From: Selaginella moellendorffii
Taxonomy: Eukaryota; Plantae; Lycopodiophyta
Direction of reading: 5' to 3'
Length of the DNA stretch: 64,000 nucleotides
Assembly: GCF_000143415.4 (NCBI RefSeq)
Contig: NW_003314262.1
Span: 3,544,405-3,608,404 of the forward strand
Numbering within the stretch: position 1 is the stretch's first letter; each line of letters opens with the position of its first letter. Below are positions 10,783 to 22,398 of this stretch, in pieces. The notes under the pieces were generated by a model, which saw only the letters and a list, made by a program, of their open reading frames with translations, had not been told where the DNA came from and made no database searches. Made by a program: the position numbers and the translations under genes.

Positions 10783-13700
10783 TCACTCTGCCTCCACAAA
10801 TACCTGTGTTTCAGCGTGATCGATTAGATACGAACAGCAAAGCTTCGGAGTTTACCTCGGTTGGAGGTACAAACTCAACTTGTCTGCGTCCACTAGACAA
10901 ATCCCCGCTACTCGCTGCACACCTGCGGCAACCGCCACCAAGTTCTGCGAGAGAGTGCCCGTTAAATCTTCATGAATCCGAGAACTTATGCTCACTTACA
11001 ACTTCCAGCTCGGTCGATGCGAGAGGGGCCAGTGGAGGAACCATCTGAGATTATATGCTCATTGTAAAAATGCTAGGAAAAGTAAAACGAAAGGATCTTA
11101 CCAAGCCAAGAGTCCATTCATGAGAACTGTCCTGGGTGTACCATTGTCATCGGTCTCAGACATGACAACTCTTAGCGGTCCAGTGAATTGTTCTGAACGG
11201 TTTGTAACTTCCATCCGAACCTAGGAAAAACGAAAAAAAAAACGATTAAATCACATTCGGATATTACTGACTTACAAGAAATGGCCGTTCTATTAGAATT
11301 CTCTGCGGCAAGTTTGTCATCTTGACGTCCAAAGGCTTTTTCGGCGTTGGCTGGATAATTATAACAATCAGCACCATGAAAAAATTCACGGGCACTTACA
11401 CTGCCATTGATTTGTTGCGTTTGAAGGCGACCGGTTTCGCCAAGAGTTGTCCTCCACAGTATTTCAAGCTTCCCAAGGGCATTTGCGCCTTCTAACTTAA
11501 CGTCTGAGGATTCCAATGGCGGCCTCTTTAGCTGAAAGAGGTAGTGGCGAGCACCGCCGTTACCATTGATCAGTTTCAAGCTCTTGATATAGCCGCTAGG
11601 GAAAAAAGAAAAGAAAAGAGAGCAGAATTACCAAACAAAGTTGCTGATAGTAAAGCTCCATCTTCTTACCTGATGGGACCATCTGATTCACTACGTTCTC
11701 CAAAGTCGTGACACTCCAAGGCGGTGCAGTGTCAAATCTAACTTGGTCCATAAAGAGGTGAGACTTGGTTTGGTTTTCTATGCACGCCTCGAGAAATGTT
11801 GTATCCTGTCGTGTTCAAACGCTAGAAAAGTAAAAGCTTGCAGCATAGGGCCTACCTTGACTGTTCTACCCTGTAAAGTGCCGATAAAAACATAGCAAAA
11901 TACGTAGAGATCAAATACCTTTGTTCTGACGGAAACTGGATTAGAGGTCGTGAACTTGAAGTATTGCGGAAGATATTTACGATCACCGTCTGGATCAGTG
12001 TACACTGCCATGCAAACAAGCCTAAGGTCAATCAAAATGTTAGATATCCATATGAGCTTATATGATGGGAACTTACGTATGTCCTCCAAGTTCTTTGATG
12101 TCGTGCTCGATGATAAAATCAAATTGGCCAGTCGCTCTGATGGACTCGATCGGGGACTTGGAGTTGTTGCTTAGAATAATCCTTTGACGCTCAGTCTGGA
12201 GCTCTGCCTAAGAACAAAAGAGCACAAAGTCATACAAGAGAATCAAAACTTGGATAGAACTTACTTTGATGATTACATCTCTCACATCGTGATTCGTGTG
12301 ATTCCCGACACTGATGTAGCTACAAAACGTCTCTCCGAGATAGATCGATCTACATTTTCAGGGAGAAATAAAAAGAAGAAGAAATTGACAAAAAATGCAT
12401 CGAGAAGTACCCAAAAGTTTGTGGAAGAACAAGCTGCCTGGAGAGCCCCATCGCATCCATAGGCTCCTGGGGTAGAATGCACAATACAGCACCCCCTTTT
12501 ATTTAGGATTTGCATGCCACCTCATTGCTTACATGGGCATGCCACCTCATTACTATATTGTTCTAGTATATTATTTTCAATTATTTTTAAGTACAAAATC
12601 AAATATAATATTTATTCTACTATAACAGCATTATCTTGATTGTATAGTTTAATATGACTGCATAGAATATTAAATGCAGCTTCCTTTCTTTCAATATATA
12701 TTTTTCGCCAAATATATTCTTGAAAGTAAAAGTTGTATAATCCTTTTGTTGTACCATAGTGAGGAAGGGATCTTTCCACTACATTCTATGTTGATTCAAT
12801 ATGATTTGTACAACTCCAGTCACAGGATCAACAAAATTTTGGGAGTGGTTGACTGTATAATGAGTGAAGTTTAATTCAACCACTTTAAATCATAACCAGC
12901 CCAATAATCACTATATATAATTGTACCNNNNNNNNNNNNNNNNNNNNNNNNNNNNNNNNNNNNNNNNNNNNNNNNNNNNNNNNNNNNNNNNNNNNNNNNN
13001 NNNNNNNNNNNNNNNNNNNNNNNNNNNTCAACATATGTATATAATATATCATTTAAAGTTTGTGCAATACGAAAATATCAAATCTGAATACATTTCAATT
13101 CCTCCAAAAACCCATTGACCTTTTACTCTTCTACCACGATTATATTTCCGCTTACCAAACTTACTTTCATCAATTTCCACAATTCTTCCTGGACCACCAA
13201 TCTTTTGACTACCTTATTATAATGTGATAATACAAATATCACGACAAAAGTTGTACCAATTTGTTGTCGTATGCTCACTTTATTTTGTGGCATTTTAATG
13301 CACCAACAATACATCACTCTAAGCATTTGAGCAAATATAAAATTACTATTTGCAAACCATGTATTAGTTTTAAGAGATCTTGTGGTATTGCAATTTTTAC
13401 AATTCCACTTTAAACCATCTTTACAACCTCAATTATCAGATTGATATCTCATTGGTTGATGGCATCTTTCACATTCTCTCTCTTGTGGAAGAAGACCAAC
13501 CATAATACAAAAAGCAAAAGAATTTACTTTACTATTAGTTCTCTTAATAAGATCAGAAAAAGAAAGAATACTATCTTAAGCATGATCTACATATTCCAAT
13601 CTAGCCATAATACTAAAGAGAATGAATAAAATAAGAAAGAAAATATAAGGAGCTAAACCAATCGTAGGTTATATACTTATAAATTATAAGTATATTCACT

Positions 13701-13956
13701 GGCTAATTATAAAATTATAGTCATTAACATATTAGTTAACAACATCTACTAATTAACGTTTAACGTTACTAATTTAGAGTTAGTCGTTAAACATTTAGGG
13801 TGCAGAGATGGGCGTGACTAAGCGCGCCATGGAGGAAGCAAGGAGCATGGCAAAGGGGCAACCACATAAGAGAGGGGTGCTGTATTATGCATTTCTCCCC
13901 AGCCGCATCACCCGGAACACGAGTGAGTGGCCCGCTGCTCCAGTCCCGGACGTCAT
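10783..13956 (-). pseudogene. TRAPPC13: TRAPPC13 pseudogene (copy A)
   Basis: Relative to the 22399-24305 copy: 10-bp deletions near 10887 and 11692, a 1-bp deletion near 11107, and exon 1 interrupted by a TIR element with loss of about 145 bp. The residual ATG exon fragment is at 13901-13956. Confidence 0.88.
12469..13900. mobile_element. Non-autonomous TIR DNA transposon, Mutator-like termini
   Basis: Left end GGGGTAGAATGCACAATACAGCACCCC; reverse complement of right end GGGGAGAAATGCATAATACAGCACCCC; subterminal direct repeat GCATGCCACCTCATT twice; absent from the paralogous copy. Contains an N gap and no transposase was seen. Confidence 0.78.
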
Positions 13957-14522
13957 GGCACCTGCCCTAAAATTAAATGGTCAACGGAATAATTTGATTT
14001 ATAAAAGATTTTTACATAAATATATTATGGCAATTATAATAGTTACAGTATTATCTAGTTTAAATGTANNNNNNNNNNNNNNNNNNNNNNNNNNNNNNNN
14101 NNNNNNNNNNNNNNNNNNNNNNNNNNNNNNNNNNNNNNNNNNNNNNNNNNNNNNNNNNNNNNNNNNNNNNNNNNNNNNNNNNNNNNNNNNNNNNNNNNNN
14201 NNNNNNNNNNNNNNNACTTGTTTATGTGATTTTAATGTGGTATATTTATTTATTAATTGTAAGAATTAATAATTTTAATAGTAAATATTTGAATAAGTTA
14301 AAGGCATTAGTAAGGATGTTATTGCTTAGAATAAATGATTTAAAGTGTAAACATAACAAATGCATTATGACGTAATGGTAGTACACATGTTTTTTACTAA
14401 CATTCATTAAATCTTTTAAAATAGATATGCATATTCTTGGGTTGTCACCTTCCATTGATTCAATTTATATTCCCAGATCACAAAAGTTTTTGGATTTTTT
14501 AAAGTTAAAAAACAATAAAATA

Positions 14523-14694
14523 AATAACATAATAATTCTCTCATAGTTTTGATTTGACAACCTTTAATGGCCTGATTAAATATACATATACATACATACA
14601 TATGTATATGTATATGTATGTATATATATATGTATATTTAATCAGGCCATTAAAGGTTGTCAAATCAAAACTATGAGAAAATTATTATGTTATT
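14523..14694. repeat. Long near-perfect inverted repeat (about 65-80 bp arms) centred on a TA/CATA microsatellite
   Basis: AATAACATAATAATTCTCTCATAGTTTTGATTTGACAACCTTTAATGGCCTGATTAAATATACATATA is mirrored by TATATGTATATTTAATCAGGCCATTAAAGGTTGTCAAATCAAAACTATGAGAAAATTATTATGTTATT. Confidence 0.92.
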
Positions 14695-14697
14695 ATT

Positions 14698-14729
14698 ACA
14701 TATATATGTGTATATATATGTATATATAT

Positions 14730-14760
<31 letters not shown>

Positions 14761-15041
14761 TACACATACACATACATATACATATATATATACATACACA
14801 TACACATACATATACACATATATATACAAAGATAAAAAAAAATTGTAATTTTTTTAGTAACATTATAATTAAAATTTTCTATTTAATTTATATAAATAAT
14901 ATTATTTTAACTATTTAATTAATTATAATTGTAAAAGAAATATTTATAATTTAACCAAAGAGTATGGCAAGAATACATAAACAATAAATGGATGAAAATT
15001 ATGTTTTATCAAAAATAAAAAAATAGTAACATACTTAAATA

Positions 15042-15101
<60 letters not shown>
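14698..15101. repeat. Compound (TA)n/(TACACA)n microsatellites (14698-14827 and 15046-15101)
   Basis: Direct reading of the simple repeats. Confidence 0.9.
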
Positions 15102-15104
<3 letters not shown>

Positions 15105-15110
15105 TCTATT

Positions 15111-17368
15111 TGTAAGGTTTGTAAATACATGTATGTATATATATGTATTACCCTAGCTAAGTAATACACTAATTATAGTATTATAGCATATGGACCATCA
15201 ATTTGGGATTAAATCTAGTCCATCCATTTTTGTATATAAACAGGGGTCTAAACCCCAATTAATATACCTATTTCTATATCCAAAACACTTACATTGGTGG
15301 AAGTGAGAAGCATTGCAATTTATCCTTGAAAGGCAAAGCTTTTTAGTAATGCTTGGCTCTAGTGTTTGGGATTGTGCTTTTTTGTTCTTATTTCTTCATT
15401 CTTTTTTAGATTTATATTTATATTAGCTTTTTTGCAAGATCTAAAATTCTAGCTATCATTGTGCTTAGATTTGCTCTTTTTTCTGATCTTCATTGCATTC
15501 TCTTCTTCCACTATGCTATGCTATCATCGATCAAGGAGTATGTCACTTAAGGTTGCTAATGTTGCTCTGTTGGATTGAACTTTTAGTGTTATAGGGTGTG
15601 ATCATATTGGTGTTGTGCCTATCCTTGATGTGTTGCTATTTTTAGCTTTTGAGGGATATGATTACATGGCTTATCCAATTCTTGGTGTTCTGCCATCTCC
15701 TGTTAATGTGGAGTGTGATCGTGATATTGATTGGTGAGCTATGGATGATGCAGTCCAATTCTTGGAGAATGTTCGAGGATCAAGTTTATAGGAAGACGAT
15801 ATATATGAGATTGAGTAGATTCCAAATGATGATGAGATTGATTATTATGGAGATAGCTTTGGAGATGAAGTGGAGATTTCACGAGGTAGGTGTCAATATT
15901 TCAATCTACCATCTGATCCTTTCTCTTTCCCTTTTGCTCTTTTCTAACTTTTTCTTATTTTTCAGCTTGAGCCACCTTCTCATATTCTTAGTATTTCTTC
16001 CTCATCTGCAGTGTTTTCTTCTCTTGGCACGTCGATCATTTGTGACTCTCATGATTTTCATTTTCAGTCCAGTGTTGAGTTGAGTGTTTTCTGTCCTCCT
16101 CATACTAATCTGGATGTTGAGTGTGTCCATGAAGTTAAGAATCTTGCTTTTATTTCATTAGTAGAGTCTTTGATCAGTTCTGGTGTTAAGTATTCCTCTA
16201 TTCCAAGGGTTGAGTCACTTTAGCCAGAATTTCAAGTTGAATGCATATCCCCACTTCTGAGTGTCACTAAGAGTTTTTGCTTTACTGTTGCTATTGAGGA
16301 ATTTATATATTCCCTTAAGAGTGTGAATGTTATCATTGATTTTCCCGTCTCAAGTGTTGATTTATGTATTGAGGAGGCTAAGCAGTGTGAATCTTTTGTT
16401 TATATTGTGGTGGCCAAAGTATTTTATGATAGGAAATCCCCTATTTTTCTAAGTTTTAAGCATATATTCTTTTAATTTCCCCATTTCTATATTACTAGTT
16501 GTTGCAAATTCCTTTTCTAATGCTTTTTTATCCACCTTTTCTTCTTCCACAATTGTTTTTCCTCAATTTTTTTCTTTTTCTCCTTTTTGCCCAGACACTT
16601 CAAAGTTTTTTTTTTTTTTTGGAGGAAGGGGTAAAGGGGACGAATGGGAGTCTAGCCCCGACGATGGAGTAAGGACAAATATATATGGTAGTGAAGTGAA
16701 GACAAATGATATAAATTGTGGAGTGAAGATGAGCATAGCAAGTTCAAATGGAACATCTGGCTCTAACATAATGAGGCCAAACGGATGTAATAGTGGAATG
16801 AAGTTGAATATAGATGGTGGAATGAGGATGAGCGTAGTGAGTCCAAATGGAGTTAATGTTTCAAAACTTTTTTTCCTTCGAGGAGGGGATAAGGAGAATG
16901 TGAAAGACGAATGGAGTAAGTTTGACCTCCCCAGTTCAAAGTTATGGTTGTGTGGTTGGTTTGAGCATTTAGGAGTTGTATATGGAGTTGCAACTAGTTC
17001 ATTAAGGTTCCGTAATCGATTTATGCTTATGCCATAGCTTTGGATTTTATTTCAATCATAGTTATCAACAATTTTGTTGGTGATTTTGATGGAGCTTCAG
17101 ATTCTTGTGGTAGTTTATAATTGCCTAGTAGAAGCTCCAGATGTTCCACTTAACTTATTATCATCACTTTTTTCATTTTCTGGAGGAGAGGATGATATAA
17201 GGTTTGTAAATACATATATGTATATATCTAGCTAGGTAATACACTAATTATAATACTATAATATATAAAATGTCCATTTAGGACTGAATCTTGTCCATCC
17301 ATTCTTGTTTATAAGCAGGGGTCTAAACCCCAATTAATATACTTATTCTTATATCCTGAGCACTCACA
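15111..17368 (+). mobile_element. Non-autonomous LTR retroelement, 2.26 kb; LTRs about 15111-15293 and 17196-17368; 4-bp TSD TATT
   Basis: Direct repeats T(G/A)TAAGGTTTGTAAATACAT...CACT(T/C)ACA; TGG-initiated PBS-like sequence after LTR1; purine tract GGAGGAGAGGATGA before LTR2; TATT on both flanks; empty site TTCTTTATTGAATAAAA at about 38180 in the paralogous block. No RT or integrase seen. Confidence 0.85.
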
Positions 17369-17784
17369 TATTGAATAAAATTTTAAAAACTAATCATCAA
17401 CACTTTTATAAAATTTTAAAATACTCAATTCCAACAACTTTACCTAAAATTTCATAGTAACTACCATGATATAATAAATCATAAATATAAAATATATTAA
17501 AAATTTAGAAGTTTTTAGCAAAATAGAAATGAAATAAAAATTCAGTGCATAGTAAAGTTTAAAATAAACAAGCAATTTTATATAATTCATAATTTAAAAG
17601 TAAAATAAAATATAGTTTTCACTCTCAAACTTTTACCTGCAAATATATTAGTTTACAACCTTTGCCTGCAAGTATATTAATTCACAATCACAAAAAATAA
17701 AATAAAAATTATATTCCAGGGTTGGCCTGGAACCTCGAATAAGAAAATAGAAGGGGAAAAAGAAGATATAGGGCTGTTTATGTT

Positions 17785-18683
17785 CACGTGATCACAGTAA
17801 AGGTCTGCCACTCGACAAACCTTTTCAAAATACTCGCACGGCATGACCCCGGCAAAGCCCTCGGTGAGCAGCACCTTGTTGTCCGATATATACAGCTTCA
17901 TGTTGTCCTAGAGCACCTTGGCCACATTGAGGTAGATCAAAACCTCCACACTGTCCATCATCCCACTAATCACTCCCTCCTCCTTGGGCAGCCCAATCGC
18001 AAAGTGGACGTGATTCCAGCATGTCCAATTCAGCCCTGTCCGCATAATGCTCAGCAAAAAGCACCAAAACGTGCTATGGACGCACACCGGCACTTGATCC
18101 ACAGATGTGATCTCTGTCAGCACTATGTCCGACGCCACCACCTTCATTGAGTACCCTTGGTTTGCTCGGATGAAGAGCTCACCGCCCTTGATTATGGTGG
18201 AGTAGCACTGGTTGGGGTTGCGCTCCACCACCCATAGGACCTCCTCCACTGGGATCTTGGTGTGCATCCGGATTGTCAGCTGGAGGATGTCTTCAACTTT
18301 CACGTAGCCATTGCTCCGGATCGGGAGGCTCAGCTGTGTGGCTGGTGGTAGAGGATCTGGCACAGTGTTCTTCCCAAGGAGTCAAATTGAGGGTCATTGG
18401 TGTTGAAAGCTTGCTGGTAGACCTGGTACTTGTGTCTCTGCCTGTGATAGTATGTTTGATGTGCTTGAGAAATCATGGGGGTGGCAGTGGTGGCATTGTC
18501 AAGCTCTAGCTTGGTAGCTGGTTTTGGAGGCTGTTCCACTGGTGGAGCTTGATCCAGGAGATCAAAGATGGCCTTGACGAGCAGCGAGAAGGTATTGGTG
18601 GTCTCTTTTGGAGGTGGCAATGGAGTGTTTGCAAGCTTGTTTTCTACGATTAGATTGAAGCTACTTCGAGAAGAAGATGAAGG
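17785..18683 (-). pseudogene. TPT1: tRNA 2'-phosphotransferase pseudogene, 5'-truncated duplicate of 38605-40050
   Basis: Collinear with the intact copy but has a TAG at 17908, indels, and lost catalytic motifs (RH to YH, KQRY to NQCY, QGHS to QGYS, HGT to HST). Confidence 0.9.
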
Positions 18684-19159
18684 GGCTATGGGGCTTTCCA
18701 AATATATAGTACGGATAGTGGGTAGGTTGGGTATAGCCAATCAACTTAAGTTATAGTCTAGCTCCTGCTTGTGTGCTTGTCCTTGTTTTGCATCCAGCTT
18801 GGGTCTAAGCCCAAGTTTCACATCATGTTAGCTAGTGGAGTACCCATATTCTCACGTTAGGCCACCGGTATATTGAAATAACACCAAACTTCATTTGACT
18901 TCGTTTTGACTTTTGGTCTTGGCATTGAGATGTTAGATACTCTAGGATTGTTCTAAGTTGCTCTGTGCTTTTGTCCCTTCACTCTTTGGGCTATATACTC
19001 AAAAGTTGCTCCATGCTCCAATTCATTTGCTCATTGGCTCTATGTTTAGCTACCATGTTCTTGATAAAGTGTTAGCTACAACATTTTTAGTTTGATCCGT
19101 TTTAACATATTTAGTTTCGCACGAAGTAAAAGGCTTTAGAAACTAACACTAAATTGCAT

Positions 19160-20000
19160 TATTGATTCAGATGGCCCTTAATGAAGACAATGCAATTGTT
19201 AAAAGGCATTATCATAATCATTGGCATGTCTAGATGCATGTTTGAAAACGCCTAGGAGAATACTCTAATCCTCACGAGTGGCTACACTTAAACCATTATA
19301 CCATTGTAGCACCGTCCCTTGGAGACATATGAGAAACTCATGCAAATGTTGAGCATCAACCGAAGAATGATATATGGCATTCACTATGAAGTGATCAAAT
19401 TAATAGTATACATCATCCTCTACAAAAAAACTTTGGCCAAATGTGAGGATTGGCACCAAGAGTAGGAGGAATTGTACCATGTGCCATAAATGTTTCCACC
19501 AACTAAGTTTGGTTGTTCAACTGCAATCACATAACATTGAGCAATTGCACTAACTATTTCTCCAAAGTCAAAGGAGAAGGAGACTGTTGCTTTGCCATAA
19601 AAATGAATGAAAATGAAAAAGTAAAAGAGAAGAAATGAAAAAAACAAATTAAAAGGAAAGGGAGATCTAGACAATGCAAAAATTATATCTAAACCAAAAT
19701 CCCAAAAGAAAAGAATAAAAGAAAGGGAAAAAGTTAAATCTAAACAATATAAAACCTAAATCTAAATTAAATCCCAAATTCAAGCACTCCTTAGGGACAA
19801 TCAAAGGTGCCCCTCAACTCATCAATATAAGTTCATGTAATATGGAAAAAATATATAAAAATATGCATATAAATTAGCCCAAAAACTTTAGTTTGTATAT
19901 AGGAGTAAGTGGTTTGGATTGAAATTAATCTGACAGCTACCAAAATCCCACTATGTTAATATTAGTATACGGTATTGTAGCTATACCCTTAGACCTTACA
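19160..20000 (-). mobile_element. 5' fragment (LTR start, leader, decayed gag) of the same gypsy family as 32400-37265
   Basis: Clear similarity to 36430-37265 (e.g. CACGAGTGGCT(A/G)CACTTAAACCATT; GGACAATCAAAGGTGCCCCTCA); the minus strand begins TGTAAGG at 20000, directly abutting duplication copy B. Confidence 0.75.
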
Positions 20001-20387
20001 TATCTTATTTTAATGTTATATTAAGTTTTGGAATACATAAATATTATTTATTAAATTAAACATTATTTATGATATAATTTCTCAACTCAGCTTACTTGGG
20101 TTGATATAGCCTATCTTTGACTTAAATATTACTAATTATGTACTTTGTTTCATAAGGAATTGAGGTGTAAGTCTCTCTATACTATAGATGAAAAGAATTT
20201 CATAGAATGATTTCAAGAAAAATTATTTTGAAATTTAAATATGATATAGATATTAGGCTATATAAAGACTAGAAATTGAAGTGAATTAATCTAGGCAGAA
20301 CCGTCTGAGTATGCTATACATTTATATTCTATTAATAAAACTAAAAGATTTACACAAATCTTTCAAAACTAATTAGCCTAGAAGTTT

Positions 20388-21999
20388 TTACTCCTTAGCT
20401 ACAAGGGACTCAAGGGTTGCATTTTTGTCTTCCACATTTTTAAATTTGATTCGTCTCCCATGACCTGGAAAAAGAAACAACTCAAGGCTTCTAGTGATGT
20501 TTTCTGCAAGAAATACCTGGCAAAACCCATATGAAGTCAAGAGGAATGAGAAGCCGCAGACTCTCAACCTGTCGCTCAACTGGAAAAATGGATAGTGAGG
20601 AGAACACAAAATCAAAGAAAGTGCTTACGAGAGTAAGACAAGTATTTATGAGAGATGAAGACGTCTTTGCCGCCCTCGTCTGTGAAAAGATGATCTCCTG
20701 TGAACAATGTTCGCTTTGGTTTGCAAAGAAGGGACACACATCCCTAAGGAAGAAAAGCCAAAGATGATTTTCTTTCTTGACAAAACTTGATCTTAAGAAA
20801 GTACCTCTGTGTGACCTGGAGTGTGGATGAGATCCACATCGGACCCAATGAAATCCCATGGTCCAGTGCCCTGAAGCTTGATCTCCACGTCTAGAGTGTC
20901 TTCTTGTATCTGGAATGAAGAAAAAAGTTGAGATGGACAAAACAAAGAGAATAGAATAGCAAGCAAGCGGAGAAGTACTTACATCGTCGGAATGGAGGAT
21001 GCGCTCGCACTGAAACCGTTGTTGCCATTTCTTGTGGTCAGCAATGTCATCCCTGTAGAATCCAAGGCATGAGTATTTCCAAAAATGAAAAGAGAAAACA
21101 AAAATTGCTTGCTTGGGCGTGAGAAACATATAACGAACTCCTCCCATGAGCTCCAGTTTCTTCGCAAGAACTTCCGTGAACCTTGGGCTGAGAGCAATGA
21201 TAAAGAACCCATTTATAACCTTGAAACTGGAAAAGAACCAAGAACCTGTCAATGAGAATGTTGCCTTCTGGTCGTGTGAGAAAGTATGAGGCAGCAGCGA
21301 ATGACTTCTCCGAGTGAAATCCACAGTGATACACTCCCTGCGCCAAATAATCACAACGCAAAGCATCAGAAACACGAGAAACATCGAGAGGATTTTGTTA
21401 AAACTTACTGGCGCTGTTTGCTCGTCGATTGCGAGTGGAAAGGTGGCCTGTATCTTTTTTTATGTCGGCTTGCGGCTTCTCGGTGTGAATCGATGCTGTC
21501 GGGCACGATAACAAGGCCTGGAAAAATAAAATAAAAATTTAAAAGTATTTTCTCGCTGCTAGAAAAACAAACAAACAAACAAACAAACCTGCAAAGCAGC
21601 AAGTCTTTCGTCGGAGGACGAGGGCTGATGGTGTACCGCAGATAATCCGTCGACACGCTTGAAAACACTCTACAGTGAAAAACAATTAGAAAATAAAAAT
21701 AAAAATAAACGAGAGAACTCAACTGGAGCCATCCATCGGCAAGTGTCACAGTCGATGCAAGTATGGTCTGCGGAATTGCAAGGAGAAAGTTTGAGGAGGA
21801 ACGAAGACGAACGTTTCGCTTGCTTACCCACGTAGAGATTTCCTGGAACATTTTGTGGCCTGGGCGATCTGCGAGACTCCTGCGTGGAGGACGCCTTAAC
21901 CCCGAGGCATTGGCAGCGCAAGAGAGCTCCTGCTGGATGAGGATGATAAACGGGACGCGAGAGAAGCGATCGATCCAAAAGCCCCATTGGCGATGTCAT
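20388..21999 (-). CDS. Ferredoxin-metallo-beta-lactamase protein, copy B; His-to-Pro change in the metal motif, possibly non-functional
   Basis: Same exon structure as 8894-10559; motif reads FLTP(K)DDIADH (CCC at 21115-21117) and KSFAAASY instead of KSFGAASY; ends LVAKE-stop. Confidence 0.8.
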
Positions 22000-22398
22000 T
22001 GCCCTCCAAATCGTCTTGCGATTTCTTTGACGATCACATTTGCGTGCTTGTATAGAAATGGACGTGGCATCTGGATGTTTCAGTGTAACAGCACAAGAAC
22101 AAACCAGGAAGGAAGAACAATTGACCTCTGACTAGATTGAAGAAAAAATTCTATTTAGTTAAGTATATTTTGCTTGATTTATTAATTTTCTTTTGCTCTG
22201 TCTTGCATTGGCTTGACTAAAACATTATATATTAAGACTAATATTTCAATATCATTATATAATAGTTTATTGTGTCTGCCAAAACTCATGCCTTTTGTGT
22301 TAATCTCATTTCAATTTTAAATGTTATTCATAAAAAGTGTTTAAATTTGCTCATTTGGCATATTTATGGAATGTAAAGTACATGGAGGCAAGAAAAAC

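Larger units (their letters stand above)
8478..18683. repeat. Segmental duplication, copy A (MBL gene, TRAPPC13 pseudogene, spacer, TPT1 pseudogene)
   Basis: Collinear high identity with 20001-24955 and 37270-39514; homology starts at 'tcttattt(c/t)aatgtta' and ends at 'gaagaaga(t/c)gaagg'. Confidence 0.9.

Noticed and set aside
15649-17037. ORFs of 144 and 113 aa inside the LTR element
   Set aside because: Compositionally biased, with no gag, protease or RT motifs; not called as genes.
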